A DNA stretch of 64,000 nt from a virus. A program made the position numbers and the translations under genes. A model generated the notes under the pieces. It searched no databases. It was given only the letters and a program-made list of their open reading frames with translations, and had not been told where the DNA came from. Positions 8,677 through 20,700 of this stretch are shown here, piece after piece. The stretch covers positions 120,460 to 184,459 of IMG/VR virus record IMGVR_UViG_3300049893_000724, one strand, 5' to 3'. The first letter of the stretch is position 1; each line of letters begins with the position of its first letter.

Positions 8677-11600
8677 TCACGCTAAAGCGATAACTCTTAA
8701 ATCTTTAATTCTTGGAACATAAACCTGATTAGTTGATGTTAGAATAAGTTTAATTCTATATGACTTAAAAGAAGGAAGTTTATCAATAGTGAAAGAATAC
8801 TCTTTGAATTCAATATCAGAGGTTTCGAATCCTAAAGATTGGGTGGGAGTTACAAAAGAATCTGAACGACCATCACTATCAGCAAAATCAATAACTTCAT
8901 TTTTTGTATTTAAATTCATATATCCAGGGAAAGGAACAAAAACAGGATTAAAGTTAGATTTCTCACTAATTGCGTAAAGTGCTCTAATATCACAGTATTG
9001 ATTGATATGAGCATTTAGTAAGACTTTAATTGAACTTGCTCCATTTTCCAAATTGATTTCTTTAGAAATATATTGGAAAGCGCACGGATCTTGGTCGATA
9101 GTGTTGACTCTAGAATCAGTTGCATAGTTAGAAATTACACTGTTAACTCTATTTGAGGTTAAAATTGCACTGACCCTTTGTGTATCAACAACTGGAGTGA
9201 GTCTTGAATCTACAGTATCAAGTTGTAATCTTAGATTCATTGATTTATTGCCAGGTAAGGTCGTTAATCTTACATTTTCATTGACTTTAGAACAAATAAT
9301 TCTTGCACTATCTAAGTAATTTGGTTTGTTAACACTTATATTTTCGAATCCATTATCAATGAATGGAATTTCATTTCCGCTGATACTTGAACCAGTAACT
9401 GATCTGAGAGAAGCACTTAATGAAGTTCCTCTTACAGTTAGGTTTTGTACTATTGGCGTAATAATTTCATAAGGCATATTTTGGGTAGCCTTGATATCAT
9501 ATCCACCAGTAGATTTTGTTTGGTTGATGTAAAGATTTGGATAGCCTACATCAGAAGTTCTTCCAATTCCACTTGATCCCATATCAAGTTTTACATGATA
9601 AGAATCAAAAGTTATTGGATTAGAAACTGTTACATCACCCAGGTAATGAGTTTTATTAATTCTTCTGAGGGAAACTCCGCCAAGTTCATATTTGTAAACT
9701 GGTGTTCCTACTGGATAATTCTTCGAATTTGCTCCTCTAGAAATGTTTCCACCAATTAGATTTCCAGATACTGAAGTGTATTCAATAATTTCATCACCAA
9801 TTAGAATGTAACCTGGATTTGTTGTCCCAACTCCAACATTTTCAAAAGTTGAGAAATTAGTTGCATTATCAACACTGATTGCTCCAGTTGAATTTGAATT
9901 GTATGCAATACTTAATTTTGTTGGATTAATATCTGATTGTATATTGGATAAAGTCACATAATTTTCATTAGAATACATACCATGGTTTTGGTGATTTACC
10001 TTGATATGTAATCCATCACTAATTGTTTCAACAGAATTAATGAACACATTGCCGCCAGTTGATGCATTGAGTGTGGTTGTAATGCCAGAACTGTTAATAT
10101 ACTGAACAGTTTTTGCAGAACCAACTACAAAATCACCCTGTACGTTATCGAGTATAAGTTGATTAACTCCAGTAAGTATACCAACACTAAATCTTGCATT
10201 TCTACCAACTGAAATTGAGCCAAAAGTGCTAATCCCAACAACATCGCCAACTTGATAACCAACGCCACCATTAACAATGGTTGCTGCAATTGCAACGCCA
10301 TTAGAAACAGTTACATTTGCAGTTGCATTTTTTCCATTGCCAGTAACAGTCACTAAATTAATATTATTGATGGTTAATGACCCACTAGATGGAGTGTATC
10401 CAATACCAGGATTAATTACATTTAGCGTGCCTGTTGCACTTCCAGCAGAACCAACATAATTTGCTGTTGCATTGGTTCCTCTCTGAAGAACAGTATTGCC
10501 TAAAGTTAATCCAGAGTCAATCACAGTTGATCCAAGACCAACTCTAATTTTATTTGAAATGAGATTAATAGAGTTGGGCATCAATGTTGGAATCTGCTTA
10601 TTTCCTTCAGTAAGTTCTGGGCTATAGAATTCAACAGTTCCTGAAGTTAAGAAGTCTGCTCTATAGAGAGTAAACTTGAGGTCCTCCCACTGACTTGCTT
10701 CCCAAGTAGAGGCATTTTGAGACTTAAATAGAGATCCAAGATACGGTTGGTTGGAAATAAATGTCTGGGTTAAAAGATCATTTTCTCCAATTCTTGAAAT
10801 ATAAACACTATATTTGGTTGAATTTGATGCAAGACAGATACAATATTCTTTACCTCCTTCAAGATAAACAGGAGCATCAAAGTTAAAAGTTGTTGCTACT
10901 GAACCATCTGATGAAGTTTGAATATCTCCTGGATCTAAAGTAATCTCTGAGAATGGAATAATCTTTTGTGTTGGGAATCCATTCTGCATTGTTCTTAACT
11001 GAAAGGTGACAGGAATGTCCATATCATCCTTTGATCTGAAGAATACATCACATTTGGTTAAGAATACACCTGTATCATCTTCAACTAAGAAAGATTGTGC
11101 AAGGGGATCATACCAACCTACAAGAACATCTCTTCTAGATTGTGATAGAGTTGTGCTATTTACAAGTTGTGTCCCTGTTGTTCTAGAAACTGCTCTTTCT
11201 TCAAATTCCTGTTTATTTTGAATTCTAGCATTTCTTACCGAAATAATATTTTCTTGAACAGTTTCTAATGTTCCACTAGAAACAAAACCTTCTTCAGCGA
11301 TAGTGGTGGCAACATTTTGATCATTAGAACTACTGTTTACCAAAGTAAATGTTTTAGTTCCTGCTTCAAATTTTGGATGAATATTTATATTTGGATTTGG
11401 AATATAGAAACTTCCGATTAAAGTTGCAGATAGGTCTGAAACTAACCTTACATTAGTGATGGTTGCTTGAGCACCACTCGTTTGCCCAACTAAAATCATT
11501 CCAGATTCTACCCACCCACTATATTCTCCTTGTGGTTGATTTGATAATGAGAATGTATCAACATTTAAAATGTTTGATGTTGAAGAATATGTTGATTGTA

Positions 11601-14600
11601 AACTTTGTCCAGTATATGGATTGTTGGGATAAGTTGTTGTTGCTGCATTATATGGACCCTCTTTATGATTAGATTGTGCAACTCTGAATGAAATTTTGGC
11701 AAAATCTTGCCCCAAACTTGGATTTAGTCCAGTATTTTGAACTTTTCCAACAACCTTTTCTCCAACTTGGAATGTACCAGAGATCATAGAAATTTCTAGA
11801 AGTTTTGGTACACAGTATTTGGTTACATTGACTCCATCAAAGAATGAATAGATTTGTGTTAATGGCTTAAGTTTCTTAGAAATAAATTGAACATTTCTGG
11901 ACCTCATATAAGGAATTAGATTTCTACTTACAACACGATCACCTACTGAGGTTTTATCAAATTGCTCAGTAACCACTGTTCTCAAACCAGTTCTTGTTTG
12001 AACTCCAGTATCTCTAATTTCTCTTAATTCGTCTTTAACTACAGATGTTACTTGAGTTTCATATACCTCTCTACCTCTACCACCAGAAATAACCCCTCTC
12101 CAGGCTCCACCAGAAACTTCTTCTCTAACTCTGGATGTATTAATAATTTCTTGACCAGTCCAGTTAGTTTCCCACGCATTCCAAACGACAGGAGCAAATC
12201 CTGTTTGTGGGTCTACGTTTAAAGTTTTAACTGCATTTGAAAGTGTTTCTGCATAATTTCCTTCTGTTTGGATAATTTTTGCTTCCAATCTTACAGTATC
12301 TACCCAAGTATCTGTTGCTGGAGTAAGTTCTAGAGACCCTTGCCAGAAACTAATTAGAAATGGAGTGACACTTTCTGATCTGGTTGCAAAAGATTGCTTC
12401 AGCCATTCAACTTCAGCATAATCGAGAGTTACAACATCTTTCGATTTTCTTACGTTTACACCTTCAATTGGCGTAAATGCAAGATCTTCAGTTGGATCTA
12501 CTCCAGTTACTGGTCCAAAAATTAAATCAACCGAGTTTGTATAATGTCTTGGTCTTAACTGTTTATTGGAAATATCAATACTATTTTTATAAAGAACAGA
12601 ATCTTCTTGTGCCAGTAAAGAAGTAAAGTTATCAACGAAAAATCCAGACTTAAATCTGTTAAGTCCATCACTATCTGGAATAAACAGATTTGCAGTATTT
12701 GTTTCAAGTAAAGAGAGAGCAGTATAGTATTCAAGATTTCTAATTCTATTCTCAAGTTGCTTGATATCAACCATTCGATATCTCTTATGCTCTAAGAATT
12801 GAATAGATGCCTGAGAAACATTATAAAGGTAGGCAGGAAGACTGATTGTTGCAATTTCTAATGCATCATCAACAGAAACTGGTTTTTCTGGTCTTTCGGC
12901 AGGAACTCCGTACTTAACTTGTAATTTACCATCTTTCGTAAGATAAACTCTGTCAATTCTTCCAAGATAGAATGAGAATGTTGTTAAGATTGATTCATCA
13001 GATGCTAGAATGTTTCTAGTAGAGTTTCCAGATGAATTGAAAGTTCTACCATAAAATTCTAGTGGAGATCTTGCATCTACACTAACAGTATATGTTGAAG
13101 TCTTTGGACGAATATCAATAATATCAGTGTTTCTGATTCCATTTACAGTCTGAATTTCTTTCGCATAATCAAATGTACTATAAGAATTGACCGTAGTAAT
13201 ATCACCATCATCATTTGATTGATAATATCCATTGGAGAAATATATTTTTAATTTTTTAGATGGTTCTTGGAATTCTGCCTTTCTCCTCACAGAACCATAA
13301 TCATAGAAAGTTGCTTCCTGACCATTTGTAAAAGTAAAGTTTGAAGAAATATCAAAACTTGGAGAATCTATTGTCTGAACTAGTGCTTGAATTTGAGATT
13401 CTTCAAATTTTAAAGTTTCTCCTTCTTTGAACGTCTTTTGATTTTTGTAAATAAATGATATTTTTGTATCATCTATTCTTTCTGCAAAAATAGCAATAGC
13501 TCCGCTAGTCTGTCCTATCAGTTTCTCTCCAATGACCAAATCAGAGGTAGTTGTTGTTGGACCATTAATGGAAGAAAGAACAACGGTAGGTGCTGATGCA
13601 CTCGAAGTGCCCGCCGATTCAAAAATTCCATGAATTTCAATAATATCTGCTTCGTTTAGTGAAATAATTTCATCTTGAACTCTAGTTCCAAATGGATAAT
13701 TTCCGTAAGAGAGGCCATCGTTTAGTGTCGTTGTTCCAATTCCAGAGTATTCATATTTGGATTTGTCTACAATAACATAATTTACTCTGTTTTTTCTCTT
13801 TAATTTTTCTTTTGGTTTTATCTTTCTAGTTGTTGCAATTAAAGTTGCTCCAGTATCCGATGCCGTTGAAAGATTATAGATTACAAGTGATGTTCCACTC
13901 GAATCAATTTGTACTCTATCAGAAGTTAAAACTTCAGTTTGTCCACTTGAATTAATGAGCGCATATCTTTCTTCATCAAATGGTAAGAAAGTTTCATTAG
14001 CTCCTGCAGTTACAGTTGTAGTTTGGTTTCCAGAAATATTAACTGTAAAGACTGTTCTGATACCAAGGACAGCGTTTGTTAAATCAACGTTTGAAATATT
14101 GACTTTAGGTAGTCTTGTGTACAGAGTGCTATCTGTTGAAGTTTCTAGGTTTGTCGTTAAAACCTTGAGATCAGTTACGTTGAGAGCTACTGTTGGTAGT
14201 TTTGCTTGGTTAATCCCAGATACGGTTGTAACACCAGTTACAGAAATTGATGTATTTCCCGTGCTAACCACTTTTGCATAAACTGGATCAGTGAAAGCGG
14301 GATCGCTATACTGAATCAAATTACCTATTTTAACAACTCTTCCTGGAAATAGTTCATTTGGTCCCGTAATTGTACTAATTCCACCAGAAATGGGAGTGAC
14401 GCTTGCTATTCCAACGTTAAATCGTATAGATTGAATTGCATCTGCCGAAAAAGTAGAAGCAGATCCAACAATTCCATAAACTGATTGAATATCAGAAATA
14501 CCATAAGAAGTAATTGCGGTTGCTACTCTGGTATTTTCAATGCCATCAATAATAAAAGATTCATTTAAGATAAAGTCTCCAGTTTTTTCATAAACTGTGA

Positions 14601-16131
14601 GTGCTACTCCAGCAGTTACTGAATCTTTTAAAAATGCAGTTGCTCCACTATTCTTTCCTTTAATGAAAGTGGGAGTAGATAGAGTAATTGCTTCGTTTAA
14701 AGTGATCTCTGTTATCGTCTGAACATCATAAAGAGAAATATTCCATTGATTTAGATTTGCATTTGCGGCATCATAAGACCCAGATTCTAATCTAAAATCA
14801 TAAACTCTTGCGACACCTATTTCTTTTCCTGGTGCAGTTCTTTGATTTGTCCCAACTCTAGAATCTCTAAGACTTAAAATATAGGTATTTCCAATTCCAA
14901 TTTTTGGAGCACCATAAACTCTATTTAATTTTAAAGTTGGACCGGTATTATAGTTTAATGATTGATTTTCAAGAGTTTTTGTGGTTCTTGGTTTAGGGCA
15001 ATCTAAAAACGTGGAACTTATTGTTTCGCATTCATATCCCCTAACAAATGCCTTACCTGGGGAAATTTGATAGACTGCTAGATCTTTTGATGGGGTTGAT
15101 CCACCATAAGTGAATTGACCTGGACCAAATAAACCATTATTTCCTACATTATCATTCAATGATTCCTTTAAAGAAGCATCAAAAGGAGTTACATAATAAT
15201 CACCAGATTCTGCAAATGTTCTTCTTGCTAATTCGTCAGTTATACTATTATATGGAGTTGTTTGTTGAGATCTAATTACACCCTCTTTAATGGTTGCAAG
15301 TTCAACAAAGTTTCCATCATCAAAATCAGTTATTGCTTTTTTGAATAAAGAAACTGTAATTTTAAGTCTATCAGCCCCTGGAGCAGAATAATTGTTAAAT
15401 CCCTGAGAATTGTCATTCAAGGATTCGTCCATATCAGAAGTTACAATCTCTTCATTTACGAGTAAACCAATTCTATAATTTGGAGTATTCGAATATTGAT
15501 CAAGAATTAAAGTTTCTGTATTAACAGTTACGAATTGTCCTCTAATAAAATAAACTCCCTCAGTGATAGAAAATGCAGATCCAATTGAAGTTGCATTGTT
15601 TGCAACAGTTGATGCAAATGGTTGACCTGCAGCAATCAGAGAATTGCCTAAAAGTCCGGAAGTGATTTGAGTATTGCAAGTTAACAGTTCGCCATCGGAA
15701 AACTGTTGAGTTGAATTGTTTTGGGTATTTGATGCTAAGTAATTGATATAAAGTGTTAGATTTCCTCTTTCAGAATTAGTGGGAAGTAAGACTTTATCTA
15801 CTACTGCAGTAACACCTGATGATTGACCTGTTATTTTTGTGCCTACTAATTGATCTGCATAGGCAGAAACAGGAACACCTAGATATGTATTTTGAAGTTC
15901 TACCGCATAATATAGTTGAGTATATCCAGTGTTCCCTGGAATAACCTTTGCGCCTTCTTTGAAAAAGTGCTGACCAAACTTTTCAATCTGATTTTGTAGA
16001 ATAGATTGTAAAGTTGTTAATTCTCTCGCTTGTACTGGGTATCCTGGTTTAAATAAGACCCTATGATAACCATTATTTGCATCAAAGTCATCAAAATATG
16101 GAGCTACGTTGAGGTTAGTTTCCTGAGACAT
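8677..16131 (-). CDS. Large structural protein, DUF4815/VrlC-like (baseplate/tail associated)
   Basis: Starts M.QETNLNVAPYFDDFD...Y.RVLFKPGYPVQARELTTLQSILQNQ; later YDPLAQSF and DLKFTLYRA; ends PRIKDLRVIALA. Confidence 0.85.
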   Translation of the reverse strand: MSQETNLNVAPYFDDFDANNGYHRVLFKPGYPVQARELTTLQSILQNQIEKFGQHFFKEGAKVIPGNTGYTQLYYAVELQNTYLGVPVSAYADQLVGTKITGQSSGVTAVVDKVLLPTNSERGNLTLYINYLASNTQNNSTQQFSDGELLTCNTQITSGLLGNSLIAAGQPFASTVANNATSIGSAFSITEGVYFIRGQFVTVNTETLILDQYSNTPNYRIGLLVNEEIVTSDMDESLNDNSQGFNNYSAPGADRLKITVSLFKKAITDFDDGNFVELATIKEGVIRSQQTTPYNSITDELARRTFAESGDYYVTPFDASLKESLNDNVGNNGLFGPGQFTYGGSTPSKDLAVYQISPGKAFVRGYECETISSTFLDCPKPRTTKTLENQSLNYNTGPTLKLNRVYGAPKIGIGNTYILSLRDSRVGTNQRTAPGKEIGVARVYDFRLESGSYDAANANLNQWNISLYDVQTITEITLNEAITLSTPTFIKGKNSGATAFLKDSVTAGVALTVYEKTGDFILNESFIIDGIENTRVATAITSYGISDIQSVYGIVGSASTFSADAIQSIRFNVGIASVTPISGGISTITGPNELFPGRVVKIGNLIQYSDPAFTDPVYAKVVSTGNTSISVTGVTTVSGINQAKLPTVALNVTDLKVLTTNLETSTDSTLYTRLPKVNISNVDLTNAVLGIRTVFTVNISGNQTTTVTAGANETFLPFDEERYALINSSGQTEVLTSDRVQIDSSGTSLVIYNLSTASDTGATLIATTRKIKPKEKLKRKNRVNYVIVDKSKYEYSGIGTTTLNDGLSYGNYPFGTRVQDEIISLNEADIIEIHGIFESAGTSSASAPTVVLSSINGPTTTTSDLVIGEKLIGQTSGAIAIFAERIDDTKISFIYKNQKTFKEGETLKFEESQIQALVQTIDSPSFDISSNFTFTNGQEATFYDYGSVRRKAEFQEPSKKLKIYFSNGYYQSNDDGDITTVNSYSTFDYAKEIQTVNGIRNTDIIDIRPKTSTYTVSVDARSPLEFYGRTFNSSGNSTRNILASDESILTTFSFYLGRIDRVYLTKDGKLQVKYGVPAERPEKPVSVDDALEIATISLPAYLYNVSQASIQFLEHKRYRMVDIKQLENRIRNLEYYTALSLLETNTANLFIPDSDGLNRFKSGFFVDNFTSLLAQEDSVLYKNSIDISNKQLRPRHYTNSVDLIFGPVTGVDPTEDLAFTPIEGVNVRKSKDVVTLDYAEVEWLKQSFATRSESVTPFLISFWQGSLELTPATDTWVDTVRLEAKIIQTEGNYAETLSNAVKTLNVDPQTGFAPVVWNAWETNWTGQEIINTSRVREEVSGGAWRGVISGGRGREVYETQVTSVVKDELREIRDTGVQTRTGLRTVVTEQFDKTSVGDRVVSRNLIPYMRSRNVQFISKKLKPLTQIYSFFDGVNVTKYCVPKLLEISMISGTFQVGEKVVGKVQNTGLNPSLGQDFAKISFRVAQSNHKEGPYNAATTTYPNNPYTGQSLQSTYSSTSNILNVDTFSLSNQPQGEYSGWVESGMILVGQTSGAQATITNVRLVSDLSATLIGSFYIPNPNINIHPKFEAGTKTFTLVNSSSNDQNVATTIAEEGFVSSGTLETVQENIISVRNARIQNKQEFEERAVSRTTGTQLVNSTTLSQSRRDVLVGWYDPLAQSFLVEDDTGVFLTKCDVFFRSKDDMDIPVTFQLRTMQNGFPTQKIIPFSEITLDPGDIQTSSDGSVATTFNFDAPVYLEGGKEYCICLASNSTKYSVYISRIGENDLLTQTFISNQPYLGSLFKSQNASTWEASQWEDLKFTLYRADFLTSGTVEFYSPELTEGNKQIPTLMPNSINLISNKIRVGLGSTVIDSGLTLGNTVLQRGTNATANYVGSAGSATGTLNVINPGIGYTPSSGSLTINNINLVTVTGNGKNATANVTVSNGVAIAATIVNGGVGYQVGDVVGISTFGSISVGRNARFSVGILTGVNQLILDNVQGDFVVGSAKTVQYINSSGITTTLNASTGGNVFINSVETISDGLHIKVNHQNHGMYSNENYVTLSNIQSDINPTKLSIAYNSNSTGAISVDNATNFSTFENVGVGTTNPGYILIGDEIIEYTSVSGNLIGGNISRGANSKNYPVGTPVYKYELGGVSLRRINKTHYLGDVTVSNPITFDSYHVKLDMGSSGIGRTSDVGYPNLYINQTKSTGGYDIKATQNMPYEIITPIVQNLTVRGTSLSASLRSVTGSSISGNEIPFIDNGFENISVNKPNYLDSARIICSKVNENVRLTTLPGNKSMNLRLQLDTVDSRLTPVVDTQRVSAILTSNRVNSVISNYATDSRVNTIDQDPCAFQYISKEINLENGASSIKVLLNAHINQYCDIRALYAISEKSNFNPVFVPFPGYMNLNTKNEVIDFADSDGRSDSFVTPTQSLGFETSDIEFKEYSFTIDKLPSFKSYRIKLILTSTNQVYVPRIKDLRVIALA

Positions 16132-16137
16132 AATTCT

Positions 16138-17688
16138 TTAGAACTGCAAAATGACTTTAATATCTTCTTTTTGGTTAGATGATCTAGTAATTGCTGGTCG
16201 GTTATCTACGTAGATGATATTTCCTGAGTACTTTTTGACTTCAGGATTAGCCAGACCGTTAGTAAATTCCTGACCAAGGTAATATGTCCTACTATTTATT
16301 ACTGTAGATATACCTGTAAACGAAGTGTCTATTGCTAGATTAGATCCCGAAGATGGAACAATTGTTAGACTTCCACCAGTAGATGGTGAGCTAGTAAATT
16401 CAGTCAAATCAAAACCATATGTTGGACTTGTAATTGCAACTCCAACAGTCGTAAAACCAGCAAGAGAACGATCTTGCCAGTATTTTAAAACTCCTGTAGT
16501 TTGATCATAACTGATAACTCTTCCAACCGCAGTAGTCCCAGATGCAACAGTTTGTTCTACATAAGAGTCTGCTGTAAAGGTGGCAGAACTATATCCTGCT
16601 CCAACAAGTTTAAGTGCATAAACTGCACTTGCTTTATCGGATGTGAGCAAACTTCCTGTACTTACTTTAGGGTTTTCTACAATTCCAACTCTAGCAATTT
16701 GATTTCCTGTAATAAAATCTGGATTTTGAATATCATTTTCTATTCTAGAATAAAGAAGAACGTTATATGCACCTAATTCGCGGTAAACGTCTGCACCATG
16801 GCCACCCTTAGGTGAAATTATAACATTAAAAGTTGGTCTGGTTGTCCCTGTTGGAACACCACCTGCAAGCAAATCAACGTTTCCGTATGTATAACCGGAT
16901 CCTTGACTTGAAACCGTCACTGTTTCTACCTTTGCGTCATTGTTAATAATAATAGTGCATTCGGCACCAATTCCATCTCCTTTAATAGGAACTCTGGTAT
17001 AAGTTCTATTTGCAGTTCCTAAACCTACACCTCTATTTGTAATAGTTACAATCTTAATCGAACCATCTACTGCATTATCTCTCACTGCTGCATTGTCTGT
17101 CGAAGCATCCCAGTTTGCGGGAACGGGAATAAAATCAGAGGTTTCGAATTTCGTAACCTCTGCAGGTTTTAGAGTATACAGATATTTCCAAATATAACCA
17201 TCGCCACTTGAACCAGCGGATCTTGGTTCTAGATCTGTAAATGTTGGTTCATCTAGGGAGGGTTTTCCATTTGGAGTGTCTGGTGTTGTTCCGTTTTGTA
17301 GGCATATGTAAACTCTATAATCACTGTTTAAAATATAATAAGATGCTGCATATAAATTGGTTGCTCCAGAAACTTTAGCAGTATTTGATCTACTATAATC
17401 GTGACGATACATATCATAAGTTGTTCCAGAAGACCAAAACCTTTTTTGAACAACCTGTCTAACTTCAGATGCACTAATTCTCTTAAGTGCAATCATAGTG
17501 TCCCAATAACTATTCTCCTCATCAAAAGAATCTTTTGGTGAAGGTGGATTTGTATCCCAATCAGACTGAATTTCTGTTGGATTTGGCAGTCCTATAAAAG
17601 AGTAATATGAGTTACCCGAAGAACTTACTCCAGCAACAAAATTCTTAGCATTTAATATTCTAATCTGATCAGTTATAATTGCAGCCAT
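16138..17688 (-). CDS. gp8: Baseplate wedge subunit
   Basis: MAAIITDQIRILNA.NF, DGYIWKYLYT, G.IIYVDNR..ITRS.NQKEDIKVILQF. Confidence 0.93.
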   Translation of the reverse strand: MAAIITDQIRILNAKNFVAGVSSSGNSYYSFIGLPNPTEIQSDWDTNPPSPKDSFDEENSYWDTMIALKRISASEVRQVVQKRFWSSGTTYDMYRHDYSRSNTAKVSGATNLYAASYYILNSDYRVYICLQNGTTPDTPNGKPSLDEPTFTDLEPRSAGSSGDGYIWKYLYTLKPAEVTKFETSDFIPVPANWDASTDNAAVRDNAVDGSIKIVTITNRGVGLGTANRTYTRVPIKGDGIGAECTIIINNDAKVETVTVSSQGSGYTYGNVDLLAGGVPTGTTRPTFNVIISPKGGHGADVYRELGAYNVLLYSRIENDIQNPDFITGNQIARVGIVENPKVSTGSLLTSDKASAVYALKLVGAGYSSATFTADSYVEQTVASGTTAVGRVISYDQTTGVLKYWQDRSLAGFTTVGVAITSPTYGFDLTEFTSSPSTGGSLTIVPSSGSNLAIDTSFTGISTVINSRTYYLGQEFTNGLANPEVKKYSGNIIYVDNRPAITRSSNQKEDIKVILQF

Positions 17689-17705
17689 TTGAGCAGTTTT
17701 TTATC

Positions 17706-17712
17706 TATTTAT
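17706..17712 (-). promoter_or_regulatory. Late promoter (ATAAATA) upstream of gp8
   Basis: Motif overlapping the gp7 stop codon. Confidence 0.65.
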
Positions 17713-20700
17713 GAAATGTAATTGAGGTATTTGAGGGGAGAACTCCTGCGAATCATAGTTCCTGTTGCAATTCCAGTATAACCATTTGTAGTATAAGTAT
17801 TATACGAATTTTGTTTCTTTCTACCACCTAGATTAATTCTTCCCCAACTATATTCACCATAGAAATTACTATACCCAATACCAGAGATATTATTGTAAGA
17901 TGTGAGACTTACCGTTACCTTTGCAACGTGAGTTACGCCTAAACCAGGAACCGAAGTCTGTGCAATAGAAACTGCCACTGCCTGATAAACATTATCTAAG
18001 AAGGTAGTTCCTATTCCTATGACTGAACCATTGGAATTTAAGGTGGTAACACCTTTACCGACATTAGAACTATGAACAACAAAGTAATAACCAGTTGCAA
18101 TTCCGCTAATTGTTGTTACGCCAGTCAAGGATGAATTTCTAAGTGGAGAATCGTTAGGAATTACAAAATCAAATACTATACCAGTAGAAGCAACACCTAC
18201 AGATGTTGTAGAAACTCCTGTAATAATTCCAAAGTCTCCTTCATAACTATTGACTGTGTTTTCCTCTACTGAGAATGATGGTGGAGAAATAAGAACATTT
18301 GGAACATTCGTTGAGGTGTATCCTGTTCCTGGTCCTGTTATGGAGATAGAAGTTACAATTCCTGCAGTAATTGATGCAATGCCAACTGCAGTTGAACCAA
18401 ATCCAACCGCATTTTCAATTGTTACTGTTGGAGTGTTTGTGTAACCAAATCCACCATCAGAGATTTGTACCGATGAAATAGTCCCTGCAGTAGAAACAAC
18501 TGCTGTTGCTGCAGCTGCAACTTTATTTTCTTGAGGTATGATTACTATATCTTTTTGGAATGTTAGTGAGATATTATTTTCGTTAATTGGATTAAAGAAT
18601 GGGCGAATAGAATCGACGAATGCAACAGTAGATCCAATTCCAACGGATTGAATTAGATATGATGATGGATAAATTGAAGCTTCATATAGAATTCTATCCT
18701 TACCAACTTCTTTTTCATCAACGATTTTATCTTCAGTTTGTCTACACCAAGTCACGGGTCTTGTTGTAAGTGCATCATTTGCTATGCCTGGTCCATAGTA
18801 AGGTAAAGTTTTTACAATATCAGTTGATTCTACTGAATTAACCGTTCTTTCACCTTCTTGCAGAGTTGGAGATTGTCCAAGGATTGGATCATAACCAATA
18901 GTTAATTCATCACCAACTTTAACTGTTTCGAGTACATTTTTTTCAACAACATCGATTGAACCACTACCCTTATAAAATATGAGTTTGCAAGTGTCTCCTG
19001 ATTTTGGTGCTTCTGTAAATGCAATTACACTACCACCATTGAAGATGTATCCAGACCCAGGAACCTGAAGAACATCATTTAAGAATATGAGTAGATTATC
19101 TTGGACGTTGATTGATAAACCTTTAGATGCTCTAATCGAAATTAGTGATCCAGCAACTCTTATTGGGAATGTTAAACGATTACCATCAAATAGATTTTCA
19201 ATACTATCCAATACTTGCAATTCTCCAATTGACCATCCAGTAAACTTATCACTGATTGTATTTTGAATTGAAAGTTGGAACTCCCTATAGGTCTTTGTTG
19301 GATCAGTTGGAATTCCAACAGTTCCACCAATAGAAACGGTGAGTATTTCACCTTGGCCATACCCATATCCAAGATTTTTAATTTCAAAGTCAATTATGCT
19401 AGATCCTTGTCCAACAACAACATCAATCGTTGCCCGAGTTCCAACTCCAGTTACTGAAGAAGAACTATAGACAAGAGGTAGATTTGAATAAGACAGTGGA
19501 GCATCGATAACTACATATGGAGGATTTGTTGATGTATATCCTGTTCCTGGATTTGTAACTGCAATACTTACGATGTGACCATTGCTAACGGTAGCAGTTC
19601 CAATAAATTGAACGATTGGTATTCCAGTGGATGATGTTGCAACTCCAACACGTACAACCTGAACTCCTGATCTATATCCAGAACCACTATTACCAATACT
19701 GATAGATGAGATGGTTCCAAGACCAGAAACAATTGCAGTTCCTCCAGCAGAAACTAAAGGTTGATAACCAAATCCTTCAGTAGATCCTACCGATACAATT
19801 ATACCACCAGATGGTATAGATGCTGTGTTCACATCATATGCAGCAGAAACTCCAACTCCAGTAAAAGTAATTGATGTTATTCCTGTGGATTCTGATAGAC
19901 TATAATCATTTGCTAATCCAGGACCTTGGAAGATATCATTTAGGAGAATGATTGCATTTTCTGTAGAAATACCAATCACATTTGATCCATTTGATTTCAA
20001 GTTAAAGGTTTTGGTTATACCGTTAAATTGATTTGAAAGATCATTAAACACATAATTTTTAGAATATGTTTCACTAGAACCTGCTGGAGTCCCTGATCTC
20101 AAGAAAGTTCTTCCTTGGAATTTTGAACTTGTAGATATTCCAGTCCAATCTCTTTCGTCAGGAGGATTGGTGCTTGTTCCAAGAGGAATGTTTCCGTATG
20201 GAGCCTCTGTGAAATTCAAAGTGTTATCTACAATGTTATAGTTTCCGATGACTTTAGTTACCAAAGTTCCTGTAGAATATCCAGCAACTGCAGTTCCTAA
20301 CCAAGGTCTGCGAACTCTGAGAGCATTAGTACTTCCAACACCTACAGAGTCAATACGCATAATTTCACTTCCAATCTTAATTAAGTCTCCACCGAAGAAT
20401 GAAGTTATTCCACTTACATAAATTAAATCATCTGTACTGAATGCATTGATTGCTAATGTAGTTGTTTGTGCTGTAGAAACAATTGGTGACTGAATAAGAT
20501 TATCAACTGCAACAATTACTTTTGCATTTTGATTTGTTGAAGTAAATGCGTGAGAAGTTCCTATGCCAACAGATGTTAGGTTTAAAACTTTTGGAGTCAG
20601 ACTTAGAGCATCTTCTGCACTTCTTGATAATTTAATTGCATTTTCATTGATTTTTACAACATAAACACTTGATGGTAGTTTATCAGTTATCCCGATGCCA

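Noticed and set aside
8677-16131. VrlC-like protein as a virulence factor
   Set aside because: The name is historical; position and sequence fit a phage baseplate/tail structural protein
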